Below, one piece after another: positions 15,646 through 25,825 of a stretch of 64,000 nt of DNA (position 1 is the first letter of the stretch; each line of letters starts with the position of its first letter). The stretch is from the NCBI GenBank assembly GCA_023457035.1, contig JAEWNN010000136.1, positions 4,918 to 68,917 of the forward strand, in the 5' to 3' direction. Made by a program: the position numbers and the translations under genes. A model generated the notes under the pieces. It ran no database searches, was not told the DNA's origin, and was given only the letters and a program-made list of their open reading frames with translations. Source of the DNA: Verrucomicrobiota bacterium. GTDB lineage: Bacteria; Verrucomicrobiota; Verrucomicrobiia; Opitutales; Opitutaceae.

Positions 15646-15667
15646 GGTTCCGGGTTCTTCCCTTTCC

Positions 15668-16534
15668 ATGAACGCGAGGCGCATCGGCCGGTACACGGTC
15701 TGCGGTCTCGCGTTTTTTTTGGCGTTCGCGGCTGTAGCCGAGCGGCGGATTCGCCCGGAGCCGCGCTATGCGTTCACCGGGTCGGCGGACCCGGTCGAGG
15801 GGCGGCGCCTCCTGGCGGAGTTCCGCCAGCTCGGGCTGGCGGGGGACTATGCGCTGGATTTCTCGCTGCGGGTGATGCCGCGGCGCGGCGACGAACGCAC
15901 GGTCGCCGGCCGGCTGTATGGCACGCGCAACGAGGCGGGGCCGTTGTCGCTGGTCGAGTTTCCGTCCGCCACCGAGGGCGCCCGGCGCATCCTGGTGCAG
16001 AACGGCCCGCAATCGGCGGTGTGGACGGTCCCGCGCGACGGCGCCGACGCGGTCGCGGTGGGGGCGGCGCAGCTCTTCGCGCCGCTCGCCGGCACGGACC
16101 TGACGGCCTTCGACCTGCAGATGCCGTTCCTGTTCTGGCCGGATACCGTGTTCGAGGGCGTGGTCAGCGTGCGGGGGCGGCCGGCGCACCGGTTCCTGGC
16201 GTATCCTCCGGCCGAGATCGCGGCGGCGCGGCCGGCCCTGGCGGGCGTGCGCTTCTACCTCGACACCCAGTTCAACGCGCTCGTGCAGGCCGAGGAGCTC
16301 GGGCCCGACGAGACCCCGGTGAAGACGATCAGCGTGATCGACCTGAAGCGGACGCAGGACCAGTGGATCGTGCGCACGATCGACCTGCGCGACGAGGCGA
16401 CGCGCAACAAGACGCGGTTTCGCATCACCGGCGCGGCGCTCAATCTCCAGCTGCCGCGCGTCGTATTCAGCCCTGCGCACCTGCCGGTCCCGCCGGAGCT
16501 GGACGCCGCGGTGAAGTTCGAGGTGTTCGACTAG
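15668..16534 (+). CDS. Exported hypothetical protein (possibly a LolA-like fold)
   Basis: The protein has a signal anchor (MNARRIGRYTVCGLAFFLAFAAVA) and normal codon bias. I recognise no catalytic motif. Confidence 0.6.
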   Translation: MNARRIGRYTVCGLAFFLAFAAVAERRIRPEPRYAFTGSADPVEGRRLLAEFRQLGLAGDYALDFSLRVMPRRGDERTVAGRLYGTRNEAGPLSLVEFPSATEGARRILVQNGPQSAVWTVPRDGADAVAVGAAQLFAPLAGTDLTAFDLQMPFLFWPDTVFEGVVSVRGRPAHRFLAYPPAEIAAARPALAGVRFYLDTQFNALVQAEELGPDETPVKTISVIDLKRTQDQWIVRTIDLRDEATRNKTRFRITGAALNLQLPRVVFSPAHLPVPPELDAAVKFEVFD

Positions 16535-16576
16535 CGCGGCGGGCCCTGCCGTGGGCTTGGCGCCGCCGCGGTCCGC

Positions 16577-16828
16577 TCAGATGGCGCGGCGCTGCCGTCG
16601 GCGGTGTTCGCGGATGGTGGCGAGCACGATGCCGATGCCGGGTGCCCAGATGAAGAAATAGAACCCGAGCGTGCGCGCCCCGGTGAGGGCAAGGTCGCCC
16701 AGCGGAATCCGACCGCCGGCCCACGCGCCGATCAGCGGCCACAGGGCTGCACCGAGGAGCGCGCCGGTGCCGGTGATGAATGCGGTCACCCCGAGCGTGA
16801 GGGCGCAGAACTGGAGGACGGGCTTCAT
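16577..16828 (-). CDS. 83-aa two-TM membrane protein
   Basis: The sequence is MKPVLQFCALTLGVTAFITGTGALLGAALWPLIGAWAGG...FYFFIWAPGIGIVLATIREHRRRQRRAI. A heptad repeat block at 16833-16860 sits 5 nt upstream of the start. Confidence 0.55.
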   Translation of the reverse strand: MKPVLQFCALTLGVTAFITGTGALLGAALWPLIGAWAGGRIPLGDLALTGARTLGFYFFIWAPGIGIVLATIREHRRRQRRAI

Positions 16829-16881
16829 GCGGAGTGGACGGTGGATGGTGGGCGGTGAAGGCGCTAGCGGTCGCCAGCCCG

Positions 16882-17904
16882 CTATCTCCCGGCGGTCTTC
16901 CGTTTGGCGCGCAGGACGGCGATCTTGGTGGCGTGGTTGAAGGGCGCGGGATCGGCGGGAAGCGGGCGGGTGCGCGTTTCCGGGAAGCCGATGCAGTCGG
17001 CGGGCACGGGAATGAGCTCCTCGAGCGCGAGGTAACCGTCGGCGCAGAGCTCCTCGAGCGTGCGGAGGTAGTCGGCGCCGGGGAGGAAGAGCGCGTTGTT
17101 GACCGCCACGAGGCGCCCGCCATCGGCGAGCAGCGGGCGGACCTTGTTGATGAGTCGCCGGGATTCGGTGACGAGGTTGACCGTGCCCTGCGCGGAGGTG
17201 GAGAAGAACGGCGGGTCGAGGAAGATGCAGTCGAAGTGCGCGCGGTCGCGCTTGAGCCGGGCGACGGCGGCGAAGAAGTCGCCGGCCCAGAAGGTGTCGG
17301 GCGTGGTGGGGTGGGCGTTGAGGGCGTGGGACGCGCGGGCGAGGTCGAGGAAACCGCGGGTGCGGTCGAGCTGGACGAGCCGCTTCGCCCCGGCGGCGAG
17401 GGCGGCGACGCCGAGGCTGCCGGTGTAGGCGAAGGTGTTGAGGACGCGCGCGCCGGCGAGGTGGTCGAGCGCCCAGCGGCGCAGCAGGCGCGTGTCGGGA
17501 TAGAAGCTGGTGTCCTGGTTGAGGAGCAGGTCGAGGGCGTAGCGCACGCCGTGTTCGCGGATCTCGCGGGCGGGGGCGTCGCCGTGGGTGACGACGCCGT
17601 TGCGGGTGAAGCACCGGTCGAGCGGGAGCGCGTAACGGGATTTCACCACCACGGTGCGCAGCCAGGGAAGCTGGCCGAGATAGAAACGCTGCGCCTCCTC
17701 GATCATGGCGGCGGCGGAGTCGGCCGGGCGGGCGTGGTTGAGGAGCACGAGGGTGTCGGCATAGACCTCGGCGACGAGGTCGGGCTGGCCCTCGAGGAAA
17801 CCGTTGAAGAGACGCACGGCGCCCTCGTGGGGCGCGGCGAGCAGGGCGGCGCGGGGCGCGAGGGCGGCGGCGAGGAGGGCGGAGGGAGGGACGGCGTCCG
17901 GCAT
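16882..17904 (-). CDS. Class I SAM-dependent rRNA methyltransferase (RlmI/RlmK-like)
   Basis: The protein contains VLNTFAYTGSLGVAA, FDCIFLDPPFF and LLADGGRLVAVNN. I prefer the ATG at 17904 over the track's TTG at 17952. Confidence 0.8.
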   Translation of the reverse strand: MPDAVPPSALLAAALAPRAALLAAPHEGAVRLFNGFLEGQPDLVAEVYADTLVLLNHARPADSAAAMIEEAQRFYLGQLPWLRTVVVKSRYALPLDRCFTRNGVVTHGDAPAREIREHGVRYALDLLLNQDTSFYPDTRLLRRWALDHLAGARVLNTFAYTGSLGVAALAAGAKRLVQLDRTRGFLDLARASHALNAHPTTPDTFWAGDFFAAVARLKRDRAHFDCIFLDPPFFSTSAQGTVNLVTESRRLINKVRPLLADGGRLVAVNNALFLPGADYLRTLEELCADGYLALEELIPVPADCIGFPETRTRPLPADPAPFNHATKIAVLRAKRKTAGR

Positions 17905-18137
17905 GGGCGGGGAACGTGTCGGTTGGGTTGGGGCGAGTCGATGCAAACGCAACGTGGGCGCGCCCCGTGGAGGCGGCGAGGGCGGGCGGCGGAGTGGTGC
18001 GGTGCCGGGGATGTGCCGTTGAGAGGAGCGGCGAGGCGCCGGCCGCCCGCCGCTGAAACCGGGATTGCGCCCGGTGGCGGCGGTGTTTCAACTGCGCGCT
18101 TCGTTTCTTCCGAAACCAACCTCCGACCTCCGTCTCC

Positions 18138-19256
18138 ATGAAGCCAACGGTCAAACCGGCCAACCCGAACTTTTCTTCCGGCCCGTGCAGCAAACGCCCG
18201 GGCTACGCGCTGAGCGCGCTGCCGACCGACATCCTCGGTCGTTCCCATCGCTCCAGCCTCGGCAAGGCTCGCCTGGAGAAGGCCATCAACGAGACCAAGG
18301 CGCTGCTCGGCCTGCCCGCCGACTACCGGCTCGGCATCGTGCCGGCGTCTGACACGGGCGCGTTCGAGATGGCGATGTGGAACCTGCTCGGCGCCCGCGG
18401 CGTCGACGTCTTCCACTGGGAGTCGTTCGGCGAAGGCTGGCTGACGGACATCCGCAAGCAGCTCAAGCTGTCCGATGTGCGCGAGTTCAAGGCGCCCTAC
18501 GGCCAGTTGCCCGACATGAAGCAGTACGACGGCAGCCGCGACTGTGTCTTCACCTGGAACGGCACGACCGGCGGTGTGAAGGTGCCCAATGCCGACTGGA
18601 TCCCGGACAACCGCCAGGGCCTCGTGCTGTGCGACGCGACCAGTGCCGTCTTCGCGATGGAGATGCCGTGGCCGAAGCTCGATGTCGTGACCTTCTCGTG
18701 GCAGAAGGTGCTCGGCGGCGAGGGCGCGCATGGCGTGCTGATCCTCTCGCCCCGCGCGGTCGAGCGGCTGAAGACCTACAAGCCGGCCTGGCCGATGCCG
18801 AAGATCTTCCGCATGACCAAGGGCGGCGAGTTGATGGAGGAGATTTTCGAGGGCTCGACGATCAACACCCCGTCGATGCTCGCCAACGAGGACTACCTCG
18901 ACGCGCTGGCGTGGGCGAAGTCGATCGGGGGCCTGCCGGCGCTGATCAAGCGCAGCGAGGCCAACCTCGCGGCGTTCGAGCGCTTTGTCGCCGCGCATCC
19001 GTGGATCCACTTCCTCGCGCAGAACAAGGAGCAGCGCTCCAACACGTCCGTGTGCCTCACTGTCGACGCTACGCCCGAGCAGGTGAAGCAGATGGTGAAG
19101 CTGCTCGGTGCCGAGAAGGCCGCCTACGACTGCGGCGCGTACAAGGACGCTCCTCCGGGACTGCGTTTCTGGTGCGGCGCCACCGTCGAGACCGCCGACA
19201 TCGAGAAGGTTTTCCCCTGGCTCGAGTGGGCCTACGCCGAAGTGAAGAAGGCCTGA
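18138..19256 (+). CDS. serC: Phosphoserine aminotransferase
   Basis: The protein contains [60 protein letters not shown] and [11 protein letters not shown]. Confidence 0.9.
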   Translation: MKPTVKPANPNFSSGPCSKRPGYALSALPTDILGRSHRSSLGKARLEKAINETKALLGLPADYRLGIVPASDTGAFEMAMWNLLGARGVDVFHWESFGEGWLTDIRKQLKLSDVREFKAPYGQLPDMKQYDGSRDCVFTWNGTTGGVKVPNADWIPDNRQGLVLCDATSAVFAMEMPWPKLDVVTFSWQKVLGGEGAHGVLILSPRAVERLKTYKPAWPMPKIFRMTKGGELMEEIFEGSTINTPSMLANEDYLDALAWAKSIGGLPALIKRSEANLAAFERFVAAHPWIHFLAQNKEQRSNTSVCLTVDATPEQVKQMVKLLGAEKAAYDCGAYKDAPPGLRFWCGATVETADIEKVFPWLEWAYAEVKKA

Positions 19257-19302
19257 CCCTGAGCGGGCGGCGCCGCGACCGCGCCGCCGCCCACGCTTCC
19301 TG

Positions 19303-19340
19303 CCCCCGCGCCGGTTGCCGGTCGCGGGGGTTCTGTTTCG
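19303..19340 (+). terminator. Intrinsic terminator after serC
   Basis: The stem is CCCCCGCGCCGG-ttg-CCGGtCGCGGGGG, followed by TTCTGTTTCG. Confidence 0.55.
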
Positions 19341-19454
19341 CGGGCGGAAAAGGTTTGGAGAACGACGGGCGGCCTGCCTGTCTGGGCGCATGCGGTATCC
19401 TTTTCGTGACCAGACTGCGGATGCGCCCGGCGGGCGCCGGAGGCGTGTCGGCGG

Positions 19455-21071
19455 ATGAAGGCTGGGCGGATCCGGGCGGCCTGGGTGGCGACTTGCGCGT
19501 GGTGGCCGCGGGCGGGGCGCCTGCGGCGCCGCATGGTGGGCCTCGCGTTGGTCGCGGTCTTCGGCGGGCTCATGGTGTCGCTCTGGCATCCGGTCTATCG
19601 TTTCTCCTCCCTGCTCTGGCTCGATGCCGCGCGGGAGGCGGTCATGATGCCCGCGTTGCGCGTGCAGCCGAGCGCCCTCAACGCCGGCGGCTACGACGGC
19701 CAGTTCTACGCCCAGATCGCCTGCGATCCCACGCTGCGCGACCCGGCCCTGGTGCCGGCGATCGACTCGCTGGCGTACCGGGCGCGGCGGATTGCGTTGC
19801 CGGCGACGGCGTGGGCCCTCGCGCTGGGCGATCCGGAACGGGCGGTGCGGGTCTTCCCGTGGTTGAACATCGGATGTTGGATCGTGCTTGGCGGCGTGCT
19901 CTGGCCGCTGTTGCGGGCGGACCGCGGCTGGATCGGTGTGGCCGCGTGGGCCGGCGTGATGTTCTCGGGCGGGATGCTGGCCAGCGTGCGCTATGCGCTC
20001 ACCGACCTGCCGGCGTTGCTTCTCCTCGTGTTGGCGGTGCGGGCGGCGGAGCGGCGGCGCGGGGGCGCGATGGCCGGCTGGTGTGCGGCGAGCGTGCTGA
20101 CGAAGGAGACGATGCTGGCCGGCGCGTGGGGCCTGCTGCCGGCGTGGCCGTCGCGGGCCAACGGCTGGCTGCGCCGGGCCGCCTGGCTCGCCGTGGCGAC
20201 GGTGCCGCTGGTGCTGTGGATGTTCTACATCCGTTGGCGAGTGGGACCGCTCTCGAGCGGACTGGGGAATTTCGCTTGGCCGGGCACCGGCTTCATCAGG
20301 GAGTGGCGGGAGGAGCTGGCGTACCTGTTGAGCTGGCGCGACCCGCGGCTGGGCATCACCTCGACCCTCGCGCTCGTCGCGCTCACGGCGCAGGCGCTGT
20401 TTCTGGTCTGGCACTGGCGGCCGCGCAATCGGTGGTGGCGGGTCGGCGCGGGCTCGCTGCTGTTGATGGCGGTCCTCGGCGGAGCGGTGTGGGAGGGCGT
20501 ATTTGGCGCGTCGTTGCGGGTGCTGTTGCCGTTGCTGCTCGTGAGCAACTACCTTGCCGTGCGGCGGCGGCGGGCGGCCGTGTGGCTGTTGTTGCTCAAT
20601 CTCTCGGTCCCGGCCGGTCTGGTCACGATGACGCCGCAGCCGGATACCCGGGAGGTGGTGGCCGGCCGCAGCGAGGTCGGGGCGGTGGTCATCCGTGGGG
20701 AGTCGGGCTGCTACGGGTGGGAGGCGGATCGGCAGAGCCGCTGGACGTGGACGCAGCAGGAGGCCGTCCTGGCGGGGCGGTGTTGGCTGCAGGAGCCGGA
20801 AGCCGAGCTCGAGCTGACGATGGAGGTGCGCGCGCTCGACACGCGCGAAATCGTGATCTCCGCGGACGGCGGCGAGCTGTGGCGCGGGACGGTGAACGAG
20901 CGGTGGACGGTCGTGACGGTGCCGCGCCTTCCGGTGCGGGCGGGCGAGTTTCGGCTGCGAATACACTCGGAGTCGCCCGGTGTGCGCGAGGCGCCCGACG
21001 AGGGGTCGCGGCGCCTGTCGGTGTGCCTGCTCAACCCGGAGGTCGTGGTGCGGCGCAGCACGGGCCGGTGA
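19455..21071 (+). CDS. Polytopic membrane protein, putative GT-C/DUF2029-like glycosyltransferase with a C-terminal extracytoplasmic domain
   Basis: The protein has many hydrophobic segments, a GGYDGQFYAQIA motif, and a non-membrane C-terminal stretch of about 150 aa. An alternative start is the ATG at 19533. Confidence 0.65.
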   Translation: MKAGRIRAAWVATCAWWPRAGRLRRRMVGLALVAVFGGLMVSLWHPVYRFSSLLWLDAAREAVMMPALRVQPSALNAGGYDGQFYAQIACDPTLRDPALVPAIDSLAYRARRIALPATAWALALGDPERAVRVFPWLNIGCWIVLGGVLWPLLRADRGWIGVAAWAGVMFSGGMLASVRYALTDLPALLLLVLAVRAAERRRGGAMAGWCAASVLTKETMLAGAWGLLPAWPSRANGWLRRAAWLAVATVPLVLWMFYIRWRVGPLSSGLGNFAWPGTGFIREWREELAYLLSWRDPRLGITSTLALVALTAQALFLVWHWRPRNRWWRVGAGSLLLMAVLGGAVWEGVFGASLRVLLPLLLVSNYLAVRRRRAAVWLLLLNLSVPAGLVTMTPQPDTREVVAGRSEVGAVVIRGESGCYGWEADRQSRWTWTQQEAVLAGRCWLQEPEAELELTMEVRALDTREIVISADGGELWRGTVNERWTVVTVPRLPVRAGEFRLRIHSESPGVREAPDEGSRRLSVCLLNPEVVVRRSTGR

Positions 21072-21131
21072 GGCGGGCGGCTGAATTTCGCATGGATTCC
21101 GGGCGTGCGGTCTGAATTAGTCGGGGGACCC

Positions 21132-22232
21132 ATGAAAGTCCCGTTCCTCGACCTCACGCTCCAGCATCAGCCCCTGCGCGACGAGATTCTCGCCGCGTGG
21201 GCCGCCACGCTCGACGGCAATCGTTTCTGCCTCGGCCGCGACGTGGAGGAGTTCGAGAAGGCGTTTGCCGTTGCCTGCGGCGCGAACGACTCGGTGGGCG
21301 TGGACAACGGCACGAGCGCGCTGCACCTCGTCTCGCAGGCGCTCGGGCTCGGGCCGGGCGACGATGTCATCGTGCCGGCGTTCACCTTCATCGCCTCGGC
21401 GTGGACGGCGACCTACGTGGGCGCGCGGCCGGTTTTCGCGGACGTCGATCCCGCGCACTACTGCGTCACCGCGGACACGATCCGTGCGGTGCTCACACCG
21501 CAGACCAAGGCGATCGTGGTGGTGCACCTCTTCGGTCAGCCGGCGCCGATGGATGCGATCCTCGCCCTCGCGGCCGAGCGTGGCCTGAAGGTGATCGAGG
21601 ACTGTGCGCAGGCGCACTTGGCGCAGTACCGCGGCCGACCGGTCGGCCTGCTGGGCGACGCCGGCACGTTCAGCTTCTACCCGACGAAGAACCTCGGCGG
21701 CTGCGGCGAGGGCGGGGCGGTGATCTCCAAGCACGCCGAGGTGCTGAAGCGCGTGCGCACGTTGCGCGTGCACGGTTCCGACCGGCGCTACTACCACGAT
21801 TATGTCGGCGGCAACTTCCGCATGGAGGGCCTGCAGGCCGGCGCGCTCAGCGTGAAGCTCAAGCATCTCGCCCGCTGGACAGCCCGCCGCCGGCAGATCG
21901 CCGCGCGCTATCGTGCCGGGCTGCAGCTCGCCGGGCTGGCGCTGCCACAGGTGCCGGAGTGGGGCGAGGCGGTGTTCCACCAGTTCACGGTCACCCATCC
22001 GCGGCGCGACGCCCTGCGCGAGCATCTGACGAAGGCCGAGATCGGCACCGACCTCATCTATCCGATGCCGTTGCACCTGCAGCCCTGCTACGCCGCGCTC
22101 GGCTACAAGCCCGGCTCGATCCCGCAGGCGGAGCGCATCTGCGCCAACTGCGTGAGCCTGCCGATCTTCCCCGAACTCACCGACGCGCAGGTCGACCACG
22201 TGATCGCGTCGGTAAACGCCTTCCCGGGATGA
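21132..22232 (+). CDS. DegT/DnrJ/EryC1/StrS-family sugar aminotransferase
   Basis: The sequence is MKVPFLDL...FEKAFA...VDNGTSALHL...FSFYPTKNLGGCGEGGAV...RVHGS. The ATG is at 21132; the track's GTG at 21105 adds 9 aa. Confidence 0.9.
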   Translation: MKVPFLDLTLQHQPLRDEILAAWAATLDGNRFCLGRDVEEFEKAFAVACGANDSVGVDNGTSALHLVSQALGLGPGDDVIVPAFTFIASAWTATYVGARPVFADVDPAHYCVTADTIRAVLTPQTKAIVVVHLFGQPAPMDAILALAAERGLKVIEDCAQAHLAQYRGRPVGLLGDAGTFSFYPTKNLGGCGEGGAVISKHAEVLKRVRTLRVHGSDRRYYHDYVGGNFRMEGLQAGALSVKLKHLARWTARRRQIAARYRAGLQLAGLALPQVPEWGEAVFHQFTVTHPRRDALREHLTKAEIGTDLIYPMPLHLQPCYAALGYKPGSIPQAERICANCVSLPIFPELTDAQVDHVIASVNAFPG

Positions 22233-22867
22233 TCGGTCCGCTCCGCGTCAAGGTCTGCGGTCTCACCTCGGCGGACGACGCCGCGGCGGCCGCCGGCATC
22301 GGCGCGGATTTCCTCGGTTTCATCCTCTTTCCGAAGTCGCCGCGGTATCTGCCGCTGGAGCGGTACGCGTCGCTGCGGGCGGGGCTGCCGGCTTTGCCGA
22401 AGGTGGCGGTGCTGGTGGCGCCGAGTGAGGCGGAGCTCGCCGCGGCACAGGCCGCCGGGTTCGATTTCTTCCAGGTCCATTTTCCGGTGACGGACGAGGC
22501 GGCGGCCCGACGGGCCCACGCGGCGGTGGGCGCCGCGCGCCTGTGGCTCGCGCCGAAGCTGCCGCCCGAGGTGGAGCTTCCACCCGAGTTGCTGCCGCTC
22601 GCCGACACATGGCTGCTCGACACCTACCGCGCCGACAGTTTCGGCGGCACCGGGCATACGGGCGACTGGGCGAAGTTTCGCCGCTATCGGGCGGCGCAGC
22701 CGGCGAAGCGCTGGATCCTGGCCGGTGGACTTACGCCGGAGAACGTCGCGGCGGCGGTGGCCGCAACCGGCGCGGGCATGATCGACGTGAACAGCGGCGT
22801 CGAGTCGGCGCCCGGGCGCAAGGATCCCGCGAAACTGGCGGCGCTGCGCGCGGCGCTGGTGGGCTGA
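22229..22867 (+). CDS. trpF: Phosphoribosylanthranilate isomerase
   Basis: The sequence is MIGPLRVKVCGLTSADDAAAAAGIGADFLGFILFPKSPRY...DSFGGTGHTGDW...ILAGGLTPENV...IDVNSGVE. It overlaps the upstream gene by ATGA. Confidence 0.9.
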   Translation: MIGPLRVKVCGLTSADDAAAAAGIGADFLGFILFPKSPRYLPLERYASLRAGLPALPKVAVLVAPSEAELAAAQAAGFDFFQVHFPVTDEAAARRAHAAVGAARLWLAPKLPPEVELPPELLPLADTWLLDTYRADSFGGTGHTGDWAKFRRYRAAQPAKRWILAGGLTPENVAAAVAATGAGMIDVNSGVESAPGRKDPAKLAALRAALVG

Positions 22868-22925
22868 ACCGGCGGGTGGGAAAGTTGATTGAAACGCGGC
22901 GGAGCAGGCCGCAGCGTTGCCGCTC

Positions 22926-24008
22926 ATGACCATCAACGAACTCGTCCAACGCCATGTCATGTCGCAGCCGGTCTACGAGCCCGGCAAGCCGATCGAGTAC
23001 GTCGCCCGTGAGCTCGGGCTCGATCCGGCGACGATCCTGAAACTGGCGTCGAACGAGAACCCGATCGGCTCCTCGCCGAAGGGGCTGAAGGCGATGCGCG
23101 CGGCGTTGAAGGACTCGCAGCTGTATCCCGACGGCGGTTGCGTGCGGCTGCGCGACAAGCTCGCGGCGAAGCTCGGGCTGAAGCCGGAGCAGATCGCGGT
23201 GGGCAACGGCTCGAACGAGCTGCTCGAGCTGCTCGGCCACGCGTTCCTCGGCGCGGGCGACGAGGTCGTCATGGGCAAGCCGGCGTTCATCGTCTACAAG
23301 CTGGTGACGCTGCTCTTCGGCGCGAAGGCGGTCGAGGTGCCGCTGGTCAACCACGTGCACGATCTCAAGGCGATGGCCGCCGCGATTACGCCGCGCACCA
23401 AGCTGGTCTATTTCGCCTGCCCGAACAATCCGACGGGCACGGTCAACCCCGAGGCGGAGATCCTCGAGTTCGTGCGCGCGCTGCCGGAGCACGTGGTCTT
23501 CGTGCTCGACGAGGCGTATGCCGAATACGTCGAGAATCCGCCGGACCTGCGCCCGCTCATCGCCGAGGGCCGCAAGGTGATCTGCCTGCGGACGTTCTCG
23601 AAGATCTACGGGCTGGCCGGCATCCGCGTGGGCTACGGCTACGCGGCGGCGGAGCTCGTGGCGTTGCTCAACCGCGTGCGCCAGCCCTTCAACGTGAACT
23701 CGCTGGCGCAGGAGGCCGCGATCGCGGCGCTCGACGACGAGGCGTTCGTGAAGCGGGCCCGGCGGGTGAACAACGCCGGGCTCAAGCAGCTCACGAAGGG
23801 TTTCCGGAAGCTCGGGCTCGAGGTCGTGCCGAGCGCGGCGAACTTCCTCCTCGTCAAGGTGGGCGACGGCAACGCCGTCTTCCAGAAGCTGCAACGCGGC
23901 GGTGTGATCGTGCGCCCGGTCGGCGGCTACGGCCTGCCCGAGTGGGTGCGTGTGACCGTGGGCACGAAGGTCCAGAACGAGCGGCTGCTGGCGCTGCTGG
24001 CGAGTTGA
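22926..24008 (+). CDS. hisC: Histidinol-phosphate aminotransferase
   Basis: The protein contains KLASNENPIGSSP, YPDGG, CPNNPTG, DEAYAEY, RTFSKIYGLAGIRVGY and PFNVNSLAQ. The ATG is at 22926; the track start at 22917 is TTG. Confidence 0.9.
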   Translation: MTINELVQRHVMSQPVYEPGKPIEYVARELGLDPATILKLASNENPIGSSPKGLKAMRAALKDSQLYPDGGCVRLRDKLAAKLGLKPEQIAVGNGSNELLELLGHAFLGAGDEVVMGKPAFIVYKLVTLLFGAKAVEVPLVNHVHDLKAMAAAITPRTKLVYFACPNNPTGTVNPEAEILEFVRALPEHVVFVLDEAYAEYVENPPDLRPLIAEGRKVICLRTFSKIYGLAGIRVGYGYAAAELVALLNRVRQPFNVNSLAQEAAIAALDDEAFVKRARRVNNAGLKQLTKGFRKLGLEVVPSAANFLLVKVGDGNAVFQKLQRGGVIVRPVGGYGLPEWVRVTVGTKVQNERLLALLAS

Positions 24009-24054
24009 ACCGGGCGCGGCGCGGGGGGGCGGCCTTGCGCCGTCCCTCCTGTGC

Positions 24055-25707
24055 TTAAGAACCGGTGACTGGCAGGACGGGGCTGCGGGCGAGGGCGGCC
24101 TGGATCGCGGCGAGCAGCTCCTCGCGACCGGCGACGAACAGGTACCGGTCGCTGGAGAGACGGGTGCGGGCGAGCTGCAGGACCGCGGGCGCGGGGCGCC
24201 GCATGGCGAGCAACCGGCGGAGGTTGGCGGTGAGCTCGGGCGTGGGGGCGCCCTCGAGGTCGAGCGCGATGAGGCGCGTGAGGGCGTTCTGGTTGCGCGG
24301 ATCGGCGGCGACGGCCTGGGCGAGCACCTGACGGGCGGGGCGCTTGGCGCCGGCGGCGACCAGATGGTTGGCGATGGCGGCGAGCTGTTCGGCGCGGACC
24401 TCGGGCTGGGCGAGGAAATGCTGCAGGTAGAGGTCGGCATCCTCGCGCTGGTCGAGGCCGTAGCAGGCCACGGCCTGCAGGCCGTTGATGAAGCCGAGGG
24501 ACTTCTGGAACCACTCGGGCCGCGTGCGCCCGAGTTCGTAGAGGTAATCGAGGGCGGCGCGGTGTTCGCCGGCGACGAGGTTCGCCTCGGCGATCATCAG
24601 GCCGACGGCGGCGGTGGGGAGGTTGCGCGCCTGCAGGTGCTGGCGCACCCGCAGGACGAGGGCGGTGTCGCCCTGTCCGGCTCCGAAGTTGGCGAGGGCC
24701 TCGAGCACGGCGGGATCGCCGGGGAAGTCGCGGAAGAACGCGTCGACCTCGCGCTGGTACTGGGCGGTGTCGTGATTCAGTTTGTACGCGAGGAGGAGGT
24801 CGATGCGGGCGGCGGTGCTGCGCGGATTGGCGATCTGGCGCAGGATGGCGTACTTCTCGACGGCGGCGAAGCGGCCGAGTTCGCGGTTGAAGAGGGCGAG
24901 CTGGTTGTAGAAGTCCTCCTCGGCCGGGAAGAGCCGCAGGTAGGACTCGAGCCGGAGCAGGGCCAGATCGTGGTGGCCGCGGTCCCATTCGATGCGCACG
25001 GCGAGCAGCCGGCCGTCCTTGGTGTCGGCGAGGGCGTAGTCGCGCAGGAGGGTTTCCGCCTCGTCGTAGTTGCCGCGATGGAAGTGGGCGGTGGCGGCGG
25101 CGAGGGCGATGAGCTGGTTGCGGTTGTCGGCCAGCGGGGCGGCGGGGAGCAGGTCGGCGGCCAGGCGGCAGATCTGCTCGTCCTCCTGGTAGCGCAGGAG
25201 GAAGGCGAAAAGGGCGCGGACGAACTCGGGGTCGTGCTGGGAGTGGGGGATGCCGTCGAGCAGGGTGCGCCGGGCGAGCTCGAACCTCCCGTGGTAGGAA
25301 AAGAACTTGGCGAGGGTGATGCGGCCCTCGAGATTGCTCGGGGCGGCGGCCACGCCGACGCGCAGATGGTGGATGGCCTTGAACGGCTTCTGGTCGGCCA
25401 GTTCCTGCAGGGCCTGCTTGATGTAGAAATTGCCCCGGGCGGTGCGGTAGCCGGCCCAGCGGTTCGGCAGGAGAATGTCGACGAGCCGGGCCTCGGCGAA
25501 GCCGCGGTAGTATTTGATCCAGAGAAACATGCCGCTGCCCATGGCGAACCACGCGGCGACGGCCAAGGTGAGCAGTTGCAGGGCCAGTCGCCCCCAAGCG
25601 ATGCGGATCTTCACTCCGGCGGCTTCGCGGTGGGCGGAGATGGGGAACGCCCACCAGGGCTGGCGGGCGGGGGCGGCGGAGAGGACCTTCGGTTGGCGGG
25701 GATCCAT
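24055..25707 (-). CDS. Membrane-anchored TPR-like repeat protein
   Basis: The protein has one N-terminal TM segment (LALQLLTLAVAAWFAMGSGMFLWI) followed by helical-repeat-like sequence. Codon bias is normal. Confidence 0.7.
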   Translation of the reverse strand: MDPRQPKVLSAAPARQPWWAFPISAHREAAGVKIRIAWGRLALQLLTLAVAAWFAMGSGMFLWIKYYRGFAEARLVDILLPNRWAGYRTARGNFYIKQALQELADQKPFKAIHHLRVGVAAAPSNLEGRITLAKFFSYHGRFELARRTLLDGIPHSQHDPEFVRALFAFLLRYQEDEQICRLAADLLPAAPLADNRNQLIALAAATAHFHRGNYDEAETLLRDYALADTKDGRLLAVRIEWDRGHHDLALLRLESYLRLFPAEEDFYNQLALFNRELGRFAAVEKYAILRQIANPRSTAARIDLLLAYKLNHDTAQYQREVDAFFRDFPGDPAVLEALANFGAGQGDTALVLRVRQHLQARNLPTAAVGLMIAEANLVAGEHRAALDYLYELGRTRPEWFQKSLGFINGLQAVACYGLDQREDADLYLQHFLAQPEVRAEQLAAIANHLVAAGAKRPARQVLAQAVAADPRNQNALTRLIALDLEGAPTPELTANLRRLLAMRRPAPAVLQLARTRLSSDRYLFVAGREELLAAIQAALARSPVLPVTGS

Positions 25708-25825
25708 TGGGTTTGGCGGCGGGGACCGTAGGGATCCGCCGGGCGAACGCTACCAAATTAGGCCTTGCTGCTCTTGGCGCTGTCTTGTTCCATGGATTCA
25801 AACCCAAACCTGCAGCCTGCATCCT

